The notes under the pieces: generated by a model
The model's database searches: none
The model's input: only the letters and a program-made list of their open reading frames with translations
What the model was told of the DNA's origin: nothing
In this document: positions 1 to 8,280 of the stretch, piece after piece
Numbering within the stretch: the stretch's first letter is position 1
Layout: every line of letters begins with the position of its first letter
Assembly (NCBI GenBank): GCA_963796105.1
Contig: CAWCKJ010000006.1
Span: 192,001-256,000, forward strand
Origin: a candidate division FCPU426 bacterium
GTDB taxonomy: Bacteria > Oederibacteriota > Muellerivitia > Muellerivitales > Muellerivitaceae
Length of the DNA stretch: 64,000 nt
Reading direction: 5' to 3'
Translations under genes and position numbers: made by a program

Positions 1-856
1 CCGCGTAGGCCCTTTGGGTTTCCTTTTCGAGGGCCTTCAATTCGCGCACGGTCGCCCCGCTGGCCCTGACGGTCTTTAATCCCGCCAGGCTTTCGGAGAT
101 CCTGCCGGAGATGGATTGCCATTGCTCGTAGTAGGAATCCAGGTTGACCCCAAGGCGCTTGGTGGAAGCCACAGCCACCCAGGCGTAAAAGGGAAGGGGG
201 GCCAGCGCCAGGGCCGCCAAGAGGGGGCTTTGGTAAAGCATGATGGCCAGGATGCCAACCAGGCGGACTGCTTCTGGGCCGACCCTTAAGGCCAGCATCG
301 TCACGACCGGCTCGACCTGTTCCACCTGATCGACTTGCTTGGTCAAGAACGAGGCCCTGTCCGTACTGCCACGGCTTAAAGGCAAGTGAAGGGCCTTTTT
401 GAAAGCGGCCAGGATGACCGCCCTTTCCATGCCGTGACCAGCCCGGCTGGTCATGATTTCCGCCCAGGCCGAGGTGAAGGACGCCAAAAGGGAAATCAAC
501 GAGAGGAGAACTACGACCACCGTCAGGGTGGTCATGGCCTGCTTGACGGTGCGGTGCGCCACTGTGTGGCGCGTGTGGGGTTTTTTCGCCTTCCAGGCCT
601 CCAGCAGGGTGGCCTCAACCTTCTCCAGGGAGCCCTCGTCCTTGCTGTTGCTGACAAACACCCCTGCGACGTCATTCACCGCTTCCCGGTAAAGCAAGGG
701 TTGCAGAAGGAGAAGGAGGCTGGAAAAGCCTGCCAGGACCAGGATGCCGATAAACAGGCCCCTTTGCCGTAAGGCCATTTTAAAGAGGCTTGCCACAGGA
801 CGGGCCGCGTCCAGGTCTGTTTCCAAAGCCGGACCCAATCCAAATTCAACCTTCAA
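1..856 (-). CDS. ABC exporter, transmembrane domain (partial; runs off the window edge)
   Basis: My translation gives an open minus frame from TTG at 856 with several hydrophobic helices and ...SGRISESLAGLKTVRASGA..., the typical ABC_membrane 'E.l.G...v+a' segment. Missing from the ORF track because no stop lies in the window. Confidence 0.8.
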   Translation of the reverse strand, partial: MKVEFGLGPALETDLDAARPVASLFKMALRQRGLFIGILVLAGFSSLLLLLQPLLYREAVNDVAGVFVSNSKDEGSLEKVEATLLEAWKAKKPHTRHTVAHRTVKQAMTTLTVVVVLLSLISLLASFTSAWAEIMTSRAGHGMERAVILAAFKKALHLPLSRGSTDRASFLTKQVDQVEQVEPVVTMLALRVGPEAVRLVGILAIMLYQSPLLAALALAPLPFYAWVAVASTKRLGVNLDSYYEQWQSISGRISESLAGLKTVRASGATVRELKALEKETQRAYA

Positions 857-914
857 GTTCGGCCTCTTTTTCCACGGAATATTGTGATCAAATCACACCA
901 GTCAAAATATTATT

Positions 915-1022
915 TAGCCACGGATGTGCCAATCTTCCTCAAAACTTATTAAGAGATTGGTACGATACCGACCTCTTTAATTACTTATAGGAAGGTCGGC
1001 ATGCATGGGATACATGGGATTT
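915..1022 (+). repeat. Twin-hairpin mini-element copy E1
   Basis: TAGCCACGGAT-GTGCCAATCT..AGATTGGTAC-G-ATACCGACCT..AGGTCGGCAT-GCATGGGA; same architecture at five other sites. Confidence 0.85.
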
Positions 1023-1034
1023 AAAGAAACTTCG

Positions 1035-1145
1035 GATCGTGACAAGAGCATGGCTCTTGCGCCCATAGGGTGTTATGTCCCTGCCAGCGGACCTCGGAAA
1101 AACGGATTTTCCCGGAGGCCGTTGGCTGAGCCATATAACACGATC
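1035..1145 (+). repeat. 111-bp multi-stem structured motif, copy B1
   Basis: GATCGTG..CACGATC closing stem, CAAGAGC/GCTCTTG hairpin, GCCC/GGGT hairpin, GGAAAA/TTTTCC apical stem; second copy at 8281-8391. Confidence 0.8.
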
Positions 1146-1213
1146 GATAAGCAATCCTCCATTTAAAACTTAAAATTAAAAATTTAAAATTCATCATGTA
1201 AAAAATGCCTTGC

Positions 1214-1322
1214 CATCCCCCTGCATGCCGAACCTCATTAAAGCCTTCAATGAAAGTTCGGTATAGTGCCGATTTCCTTAAATGCTTCAGGGTTGAATCA
1301 GCACATCCCCTGAATCCGTGGC
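1214..1322 (-). repeat. Twin-hairpin mini-element copy E2
   Basis: Reverse complement matches 8124-8227 with one mismatch. Confidence 0.9.
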
Positions 1323-1351
1323 AAAAAACTTGGTTTTGTAAGATTAACCTG

Positions 1352-1492
1352 TTAAGGAAGGGTGCTTTCCCGGCGGCGGGCCTTTTCCTTGAGTTTGCGG
1401 CGGTTGTCCCTTTTCACCCGCTCCTGGGGTTTAATGGCCCAGACCTTGCGGATCTTGACCGGCCCTGCCTTGATTTTGAGTTTTTTGTTCAT
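1352..1492 (-). CDS. Small, very basic hypothetical protein (46 aa)
   Basis: MNKKLKIKAGPVKIRKVWAIKPQERVKRDNRRKLKEKARRRESTLP; the only plausible ORF between E2 and E3; start uncertain. Confidence 0.45.
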   Translation of the reverse strand: MNKKLKIKAGPVKIRKVWAIKPQERVKRDNRRKLKEKARRRESTLP

Positions 1493-1610
1493 GACGGTAT
1501 CCCGAAACATTAGCCCTTCTGGCAGGCCCTTTACCAATTTGGAATATTAACCCAGAGTACCCCCTTAATCCAGGTTCCAAACACGTCTGAGGCAATTGTA
1601 AGCACGGCTC

Positions 1611-1716
1611 TAGCCACGGATGTGCCGATTCACCAAAAAGCCGATATGAAAATCGGTACGATACTAGCCTCTTTTAGATGTTTTATGGAAGGTTGGCATG
1701 CAGGGGATTCATGGGA
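1611..1716 (+). repeat. Twin-hairpin mini-element copy E3
   Basis: TAGCCACGGATGTGCCGATT..AATCGGTACGATACTAGCCT..AGGTTGGCATGCAGGGGATTCATGGGA. Confidence 0.85.
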
Positions 1717-1932
1717 TAAGATTACAAACACCTAGTAAAAGTTGAGTTTTAAGCCGGGGTCCTGCCCGCATCCTCGGAAAACCCGCCCACATTACTAGGG
1801 GCATGTATCGGGAAGGTTTTCCGTTGGCCGGTGCCGGTGTTTCCGTTGGTCGGTGCCGGGTTTCAGTTGGCTGGGGAGGGGAGTTGGCACAATCGCCCCG
1901 AAATGGCACCATCCGGGATCTTGGTTTCCGCC

Positions 1933-2660
1933 AACCCAGTATTTGGAAAACCCTCAACCCAGTATTGGAGGCCCCAACCCAGTACAACCCAGTATTTGGA
2001 AAACCCTCAACCCAGTATTGGAGGCCCCAACCCAGTACAACCCAGTATTTGGAAAACCCTCAACCCAGTATTGGAGGCCCCAACCCAGTACAACCCAGTA
2101 TTTGGAAAACCCGCAACCCAGTATTGGAGGCCCCAACCCAGTACAACCCAGTATTTGGAAAACCCTCAACCCAGTATTGGAGGCCCCAACCCAGTACAAC
2201 CCAGTATTTGGAAAACCCTCAACCCAGTATTGGAGGCCCCAACCCAGTACAAACCAGTATTCGGAAAACCCTCAACCCAGTATTGGAGGCCCCAACCCAG
2301 TACAAACCAGTATTCGGAAAACCCTCAACCCAGTATTGGAGGCCCCAACCCAGTACAACCCAGTATTTGGAAAACCCTCAACCCAGTATTGGAGGCCCTA
2401 ACCCAGTACAACCCAGTATTTGGAAAACCCTCAACCCAGTATTGGAGGCCCTAACCCAGTACAACCCAGTATTTGGAAAACCCTCAACCCAGTATTGGAG
2501 GCCCCAACCCAGTACAACCCAGTATTTGGAAAACCCTCAACCCAGTATTGGAGGCCCCAACCCAGTACAACCCAGTATGGGGGGCTCAACCCAGTATTCG
2601 GAAAACCGATAACCCAGTATGGGGGGCTCAACCCAGTATTCGGAAAACCGATAACCCAGT
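1933..2660. repeat. Tandem array: 12 x 53-bp units followed by 2 x 42-bp variant units
   Basis: Unit AACCCAGTATTTGGAAAACCCTC-AACCCAGTATTGGAGGCCCC-AACCCAGTAC (1933-2568), then AACCCAGTATGGGGGGCTC-AACCCAGTATTCGGAAAACCGAT twice; no unique spacers. Confidence 0.95.
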
Positions 2661-2745
2661 TCCGTATAGCTAGGCCGGAAGCCCTGTAGGCACGATTTGG
2701 GGGTCCTGTATTCATGAGGTCGGGAGCCACCGTCGGCAGGGAGGA

Positions 2746-2835
2746 TAACCCGCCCACATTGCCGGGAACATGTGTCGGCTGGGGAGGATAACCTGCCCAC
2801 ATCCCTACTGGCATGGTGGATAAACCGCCCACATT
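2746..2835 (+). repeat. Three spaced copies of an AACCCGCCCACAT-like motif
   Basis: ATAACCCGCCCACAT, ATAACCTGCCCACAT and ATAAACCGCCCACAT; a further copy AAACCCGCCCACAT near 1779 on the other side of the array. Confidence 0.7.
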
Positions 2836-2878
2836 TCCGGCGACACCCGGCGACAAGAAACAGGGGTCACAAGAAACA

Positions 2879-2930
2879 GGGGTCAGGCCACACGCTCCGC
2901 AGCGTGTGGCAGAGATCATTCATCACTTTA
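2879..2930 (-). repeat. RAYT end motif copy M1 (with a 25-bp hairpin insertion)
   Basis: GGGGTCAGGCCAC[ACGCTCCGCAGCGTGTGGCAGAGAT]CATTCATCACTTTA. Confidence 0.75.
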
Positions 2931-2937
2931 CTGTCCG

Positions 2938-3624
2938 CGTCACAACCGCGCGGGACATTTGTACCAGGGGCGTTATAAGGCGATTTTGGTCCATAAGGAT
3001 AGTTACTTAAAGGAATTATGCAGGTATGTGGTCTTGAATCCGGTCCGGGCCAAGATGGTCAAGCATCCGAAGGAATGGAAATGGAGCAGTTACCGGGCTA
3101 CGGCAGGTTATGAGACCGAGCCGGAATGGGTGGAAAATAAATGGCTTTTGGAACAGTTTGGAAAAGTGAAACATAAGGCGCAGGGTTTGTACCGGAAATT
3201 CGTGTTGGAAGGCTTGAGGAAGAAAGAGAGCCCATGGGAGCAAGTAACATCGCAGATCATATTGGGGGGGAAAAGTTTTGAGGAGCACATTAAAGGGAAG
3301 ATTAGGGGGAAGCATCACCATGAGGCGCACAGGGAACAACAGAAATTGGGCTTGCCGGATGCCGAGGAAACGCTGAAAAAGATCGGGAAAATGCATGGGA
3401 TTATGGTGAAAGATATGGTGGTTCCGACCCGGCAGAAAAACGAAGGGCGGGAAGCGGCGGTATGGGCCTTACGTCAGATATGCCGATTAAGTTTAGGGGA
3501 AGTGGCTAAGAAGATGGGGGTAAAATACTCCGCGGTAAGCCATGCGGTGGCAAGGATGAAGAAACGCATTCGGGAGGAAAAGGGTCTTGAGGAAAAGATT
3601 CGTAATGCCGTTTACAAGACCTGA
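2938..3624 (+). pseudogene. REP-associated tyrosine (Y1/HUH) transposase with C-terminal HTH, 5'-truncated (HUH motif missing)
   Basis: Frame reads RHNRAGHLYQGRYKA..ELCRYVVLNPVRAKMV..WKWSSY with a DnaA-C-like HTH tail; homology starts abruptly just after motif M1. Confidence 0.85.
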
Positions 3625-3654
3625 CCCTTATTTTCTATATTTTTTGGGCGAGTC

Positions 3655-3681
3655 TAAGGTGATGAATGTTGGCCTGACCCC
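3655..3681 (+). repeat. RAYT end motif copy M2
   Basis: TAAGGTGATGAATGTTGGCCTGACCCC. Confidence 0.85.
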
Positions 3682-4483
3682 TTTTGTTCTATTATGTCAC
3701 GCTTGGGTATTGATGGATAATCATTACCATTTGATGCTGGAAACCCCAAGCGCGAATTTATCAGCAGCCATGAAACATTTAAACGCCCAATACACACAAA
3801 AATTCAATAAAAAGCATTATCGGAACGGGCATTTGTTCCAGGGGCGGTATAAGGCCATTATTGTGGAGAAAGACAGTTATTTAAAGGAATTAAGCCGGTA
3901 TGTGGTATTGAATCCGGTAAGGGCCCGGATGGTAAAACACCCCAAAGACTGGAAGTGGAGTAGTTATCGGGCGACAGCGGGATTTGATAGGGCGGAAAAA
4001 TGGCTGGAAGTGGACTGGTTATTAGGGCAGTTTGGAAAGGAAAGAAAAAAGGCGCAAAAATCATACAGGACTTTTGTGGAAGAGGGGATGGGGAAGAAAG
4101 AAAAGCCTTGGGATGATTTGTATTCGCGTATATACCTGGGTGGTAAGGAGTTTTTGGACAAGGTTCACGAAGTAGGGCAACGTCACAAACATTTGGATGT
4201 ACCGAAATATCAGAAACACGTGGTAAAGCAAGATCCGAAAGAAGTGCTGGAGAAAGTAGGAAGAATGTATGGTAAAAAAGCGGAGGAAATATTGAGGGCA
4301 GGCAAAAGGGAGTCGGAAGCCCGGGATATGGCGATATATTTATTGAAGAGAAAATCAGGAATGAGTTCCAAGGCGATAGGAATGAAGATGGGGGTGGGGG
4401 AAAGCGCGGTGGGAAACCGATTGATGAAGATCAAAAAAAGGTTAGCGGAAGACGAGAAGTTTGCGCAAAAGCTGATAAAGTGA
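3662..4483 (+). pseudogene. Second RAYT/Y1 transposase with C-terminal HTH; N-terminal strand missing, HUH and catalytic Tyr retained
   Basis: CHAWVLMDNHYHLMLETP (HUH), GHLFQGRYKA, RYVVLNPVRA, WKWSSY. It lacks the usual N-terminal 'YHV..RG' segment; an in-frame ATG is supplied by motif M2. Confidence 0.85.
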
Positions 4484-4502
4484 TGAATGATGGCCTGACC
4501 CC
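4476..4502 (+). repeat. RAYT end motif copy M3 (contains the transposase stop codon)
   Basis: TAAAGTGATGAATGATGGCCTGACCCC. Confidence 0.85.
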
Positions 4503-4838
4503 TTTGTTTTATTTGTAGCCGCCCGAATCCAGTATCACGGCCATCGGGATGTGGTGAGGTATTCAATCCATGATGATAGGACAGCGGGCCTATTGGGTTT
4601 CCTCAAATACCTTGATCGAAAACGATTGGAAAGACCCAGGGCGGCCTAGAAATGGCTTGGTGCAAAAAATTCTTTGCACATAAGTTCACTTCTGATGAAA
4701 ATGGCCACTGTCGGGTCCCGATTCAGGCCGATCTGGCCACGGAATCGGTAAACTTGGTGCAAAATTCAGGTATTAGTTTTATGAAAACTGCGAATCGCCA
4801 ACCAGAATTCAGAATCATGACGTTGAAAGGGGATTTCT

Positions 4839-5876
4839 ATGAATCTCTTTAAATTACAGAAAGTAATTTTTGCTTTTGTGGTTTCAATGGTTCTTATGTC
4901 GCCAATTATTGGTTTGACAGCAGAGAAAGCATCCGCCGCCAAAAAGATTACCCCGAAAGTAGACTTTCCAAAGAACCCATCTGAAGGGGTGCTGATCGCT
5001 ACCATACCCTGGAAAGCGGTAACCATTATGAGAGGGGGGAAATCTTCTAACGATAAATTGTCATTAAAAAATTGGTCTTTCGACGCAATTCCTTTAGTTG
5101 TGTATCTCATTAAAAATAATAACGGTTCAGTAATAAACCTTGGCTCAAGAAGTGGTCCGGGTTTTTTAAGAACAGATCAAAAAGGCAATTTGTTTATATT
5201 TTATGGTGGCTCGATTTTTATTTACGACATTAAAAATCAAACCGTTAAGTACAACGGAGATTTATTGAAAAAAGAAGGCGGGTCTCCCGTTGACTTGGAA
5301 ATGTATACGAATGGGGATATTAGTTTTTTGGTAAGGGACAATAAAAGCTTCGGCGACGATAGCGTGCATTATGTAAGAAAAAACCTAAAAGGCGACTTGA
5401 TCAACGAAAAAAGAGTTATTCCAAAGATAATGGCTGAACACCAACTTTCAAAATGGACCCTAAGTCGGGGCGATATTTATTATGCGAAAAGTGGAAATAC
5501 TGAGAAAATTGATTCTATTTCGAATTTAACTGAAGAAGAAAAAGATAAAATTGGAAATAAAATTATAGAATCCACGGAAACTGATTTGCGGAATATGAGA
5601 AAAACGATTGAGAAAGATATATTTCACCTTTTCATCGCACCACTCCATTTTGTGCAAGAAATGAAGGGTAGTGAATATTATTGGACTAATGGGGTATTTG
5701 ATGGTCGGGCCGAAGTTGATGTAGTTTATATTAGAAATAAAAAAGGAAATCATAAAATTTATATTTTGCCGCCTGAAAGCAAATTCTGGCGGATGGTTGA
5801 TGAAAACGGCAATTTTTATTCCAAGGTTGATACGCCAAATGCTCTTGAGGTTTACAAGTACGTTGTTAATTGGTGA
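4839..5876 (+). CDS. AT-rich secreted hypothetical protein (345 aa)
   Basis: Long ORF with AAAGGGG RBS and an N-terminal signal-like segment; composition visibly more AT-rich than the core genes. Confidence 0.8.
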   Translation: MNLFKLQKVIFAFVVSMVLMSPIIGLTAEKASAAKKITPKVDFPKNPSEGVLIATIPWKAVTIMRGGKSSNDKLSLKNWSFDAIPLVVYLIKNNNGSVINLGSRSGPGFLRTDQKGNLFIFYGGSIFIYDIKNQTVKYNGDLLKKEGGSPVDLEMYTNGDISFLVRDNKSFGDDSVHYVRKNLKGDLINEKRVIPKIMAEHQLSKWTLSRGDIYYAKSGNTEKIDSISNLTEEEKDKIGNKIIESTETDLRNMRKTIEKDIFHLFIAPLHFVQEMKGSEYYWTNGVFDGRAEVDVVYIRNKKGNHKIYILPPESKFWRMVDENGNFYSKVDTPNALEVYKYVVNW

Positions 5877-6004
5877 GGAAAAATTTGAAGGAAAAATATC
5901 TTCTTATTTTCTGGTTATTTCTGCCTGGAATTATTTACGGGGATATAACCCTTAATCCTGTTGATTCCGAAACATGGGTTTCGACAGTTGGTGTAGTTCC
6001 TGCC
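5873..6004 (+). pseudogene. 5' fragment of a secreted-protein gene cut off at end motif M4
   Basis: GTGA overlap with the upstream stop; signal-like LLIFWLFLPGIIYG; the frame then runs into the repeat. Confidence 0.5.
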
Positions 6005-6019
6005 GAACAAGAGAAATCA

Positions 6020-6046
6020 GGGGTCAGGCCACCATTCATCACTTTA
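6020..6046 (-). repeat. RAYT end motif copy M4 (inverted relative to M3)
   Basis: GGGGTCAGGCCACCATTCATCACTTTA. Confidence 0.85.
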
Positions 6047-6048
6047 GA

Positions 6049-6081
6049 CCTGAAATCTTCCGCTCGAATCCCGCGCCCCCA
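6049..6081 (+). repeat. 33-bp direct repeat, left of the TA module
   Basis: CCTGAAATCTTCCGCTCGAATCCCGCGCCCCCA; 29/33 identical to 6935-6967. Confidence 0.75.
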
Positions 6082-6098
6082 TACATCTTTTTTTAAGT

Positions 6099-6138
6099 GT
6101 CAAGTGCACTTGACGAAGACGGGACGATAGCCTATCAT
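6099..6138 (+). promoter_or_regulatory. sigma-70 promoter of the TA operon with a palindromic operator
   Basis: TTGACG-17 nt-TATCAT; perfect 16-bp palindrome GTCAAGTGCACTTGAC overlaps the -35. Confidence 0.65.
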
Positions 6139-6156
6139 TTTATTGGAGGGGCCGGC

Positions 6157-6519
6157 ATGGAAGCTTTTCCTAGAACTATTGTTTACTATTAAACCGCCGA
6201 CGGGAAAAGACCATTCATCGAGTGGATTGAGGAACAAGAAGATGCACTGAGACACCGGATCAACACACGATTTTTACACGTTGAAAATGGGAATTTCGGG
6301 GTCCACCGCAAGGAAGGTAATGGGGTTTTTGCACTGATATTTGAATTTGGACCGGGTTATAGGATTTATTACGCGTTAACTGAGGAACAAAAGGTTGTTT
6401 TGCTATTCACGGGGGGCACGAAGAAAAGGCGGGAAAGTGATATTGCGAAGGCCCACGAGTATTGGGCGGATTTAAAGGCGAGAAAAGCCATGGAAGCGAA
6501 GGGGAAAAAGAAGGATTGA
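6157..6519 (+). pseudogene. RelE/ParE-superfamily addiction-module killer protein with a nonsense codon
   Basis: MEAFPRTIVYY*TADGKRPFIEW..GNFG..FGPGYRIYY..VVLLFTGGTKKRRESDIAKAHEYW; TAA at 6190-6192; GGAGG RBS. Confidence 0.85.
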
Positions 6520-6544
6520 TCATCTGATAAATGGAGGTTTCGTT

Positions 6545-6871
6545 ATGGGTAAAACATCGGGAAGCTACAAGGAATATTTGCTTAAAAAACTGAAAGATCC
6601 GAAAGAAAGGGCCGGATATTTAAACGCCGCTTTGGAGGATGGCGATCCCGGAATTCTCCTGGCCTGCCTCAATGATTGCGCTAAAGCAATGGGAGGAAAA
6701 ACTTGGCTTGCCCGCGAAGCCCATTTGTCCCGCCAAGCCATTACCGCGATTGTTTCGAAGGATGGAAACCCCATGTACCGGAACCTAACGCGTGTATTGG
6801 CTCCAATGGGTTTGCGCTTCAAAATTGTGACGGGTGTTGGCAATCGAACGAAACAATTAACCCACGCTTAA
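6545..6871 (+). CDS. Addiction-module antidote protein (HTH antitoxin)
   Basis: YLNAALEDGDP..LAREAHLSRQ..DGNP..VLAPMGL pattern; directly downstream of the toxin; GGAGG RBS. Confidence 0.88.
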   Translation: MGKTSGSYKEYLLKKLKDPKERAGYLNAALEDGDPGILLACLNDCAKAMGGKTWLAREAHLSRQAITAIVSKDGNPMYRNLTRVLAPMGLRFKIVTGVGNRTKQLTHA

Positions 6872-6934
6872 AGTTCTTCGGGGAAATAATTGTCCCGCTT
6901 ATTCCAGTTGTTTAACAACGGAATCACTTAAGGC

Positions 6935-6967
6935 CCTGAAATCCCCCGCTTGAATCCCGCGTCCCCA
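6935..6967 (+). repeat. 33-bp direct repeat, right of the TA module
   Basis: CCTGAAATCCCCCGCTTGAATCCCGCGTCCCCA. Confidence 0.75.
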
Positions 6968-7020
6968 AGTTGTCCATGAGACGCCGCTTTCTTGTTTGCG
7001 TCCGCCGAATATCCTTGTTC

Positions 7021-7665
7021 CTAAAAAGGTTTTCCGCAGTTGGGGCAAACCAGGCGGGCGGCGAACCAGTGGCCGTCGGAGCGGGCGTAATCAGGGAAAA
7101 ATTCCGCTTCCAGGACGACCAGGCATTGGGCGCACTTGAGGCCGGCTTCCATCCCTAGATCCTGCTGGAGCTGGGGCTCGTTGCCCTGGCCGGTCTTGAT
7201 ATGGAGCCGGTAGGAATTTTTCACGGCTTTTTTCTGGCGGTCGTGCAGGAGATCCCGGATCTTGCTCAGGATCTGCCTGGGCGTATAAAACCCCTTGACG
7301 GTATAGTCGTTGGCGCCCATTTGAAGGGCTTTTTGGACATCCCGGGGCTCCCCAAGGACCGAGAAAATAATGACGGGAATATCCTTGGTCTGCCCGCTCC
7401 GGCGGATTTTCTCGAGGACCTGGAATCCGTCCAGCACCGGAAGCCCCAAGTCCAAAAGAACCAGGTCCGGCTTATGGGCCAGGATCATATCCCAGCCTTC
7501 CTCGCCGTTGGTGCTCTCAATCACCGCGTAACCATCCGCCTCCAGGACATCCTTGTAAACCCTGCGAAAGCCGCGCTGGTCCTCCATGATCAGTATGGTT
7601 CCTTTTTTCCCCTTCTCGGCCAAAGGTTTAACCTCGTTTGGGGATTGAGTAGTTTCATTTTGCAT
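7021..7665 (-). CDS. Response regulator: receiver domain plus C-terminal CxxC..CxxC zinc ribbon
   Basis: ILIMED, PDLVLLDLGLPVLDG, GANDYTVK; CAQC..CPNC. Confidence 0.9.
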   Translation of the reverse strand: MQNETTQSPNEVKPLAEKGKKGTILIMEDQRGFRRVYKDVLEADGYAVIESTNGEEGWDMILAHKPDLVLLDLGLPVLDGFQVLEKIRRSGQTKDIPVIIFSVLGEPRDVQKALQMGANDYTVKGFYTPRQILSKIRDLLHDRQKKAVKNSYRLHIKTGQGNEPQLQQDLGMEAGLKCAQCLVVLEAEFFPDYARSDGHWFAARLVCPNCGKPF

Positions 7666-8046
7666 GATGGTTCCTCCTGGAATGATGATTGTGGCTGGGA
7701 TCTCTTGATGTAAATGGGTTGCCGGGAAACAGCAAGCTTATTCCAAAAAATTCATGGGGTGCTAAAGAAATAAAGCGGGGAAAAGCTTGCTTGGTATTGA
7801 CGGCGTCCTGGCAGGATGAAGGCAATCACGCGCCGAGATAAGAAAATTATCCCTCGGGTCCTGGGGAATTCCCAATTTATTCGACGTTGTCATGACGATA
7901 GTGGAGCAGGGGGCATTTGCACATTTTCGGAATTGAATGACAAGTTTCATGGCTTTCCAAATAACAACAAAATCTAGCTAATTAAGATAAATAAAATTAG
8001 ATGTTTTTAATTCTAAAAGGCGTTAAGCAAGACAAGTCTTTGCCAC

Positions 8047-8123
8047 GTGCCAGCCTGCCATAAGGCAATAGAAGAAGGCTGGTACAGTACCGATCTCAAT
8101 ATATCTTTATGGATGATCGGCAC
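8047..8123 (+). repeat. Twin-hairpin mini-element copy E4
   Basis: GTGCCAGCCT..AGGCTGGTAC-A-GTACCGATC..GATCGGCAC interrupting GCCAC|GGATTCAGGGGA. Confidence 0.8.
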
Positions 8124-8227
8124 GGATTCAGGGGATGTGCTGATTCAACCCTGAAGCATTTGAGGAAATCGGCACTATACCGAACTTTCATTGAAGGCTT
8201 TAATGAGGTTCGGCATGCAGGGGGATG
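8124..8227 (+). repeat. Twin-hairpin mini-element copy E5
   Basis: Near-identical inverted copy of E2. Confidence 0.9.
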
Positions 8228-8280
8228 AATAAAAATGAACAAAATGAAAAATGTACAATGAATAATTCAAAAATGTCTCA

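Noticed and set aside
386..990. Plus-strand ORFs at 386, 453 and 790
   Set aside because: Antisense shadows of the minus-strand ABC transporter.
1035..1145. Integron attC site
   Set aside because: GTT precedes AAC in the arm, the reverse of the RYYYAAC..GTTRRRY order; no integron integrase present.
1161..1191. AAAATT-type heptamer tract (also 8229-8267) as a marker of a four-helix-bundle gene
   Set aside because: No such ORF is adjacent; only a short AT-rich tract.
1933..2660. CRISPR array
   Set aside because: Units are contiguous and near-identical with no unique spacers; no cas genes in the window.
1803..2689. ORFs across the tandem array (269, 207, 182 aa etc.)
   Set aside because: The 53-bp unit has no plus-strand stop and cycles through all frames, so the ORFs are by-products.
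3587..3661. Tracked N-terminus of the second RAYT (MRKRFVMPF...)
   Set aside because: It overlaps the RAYT1 3' end and spacer and has no transposase-like sequence; read-through only.
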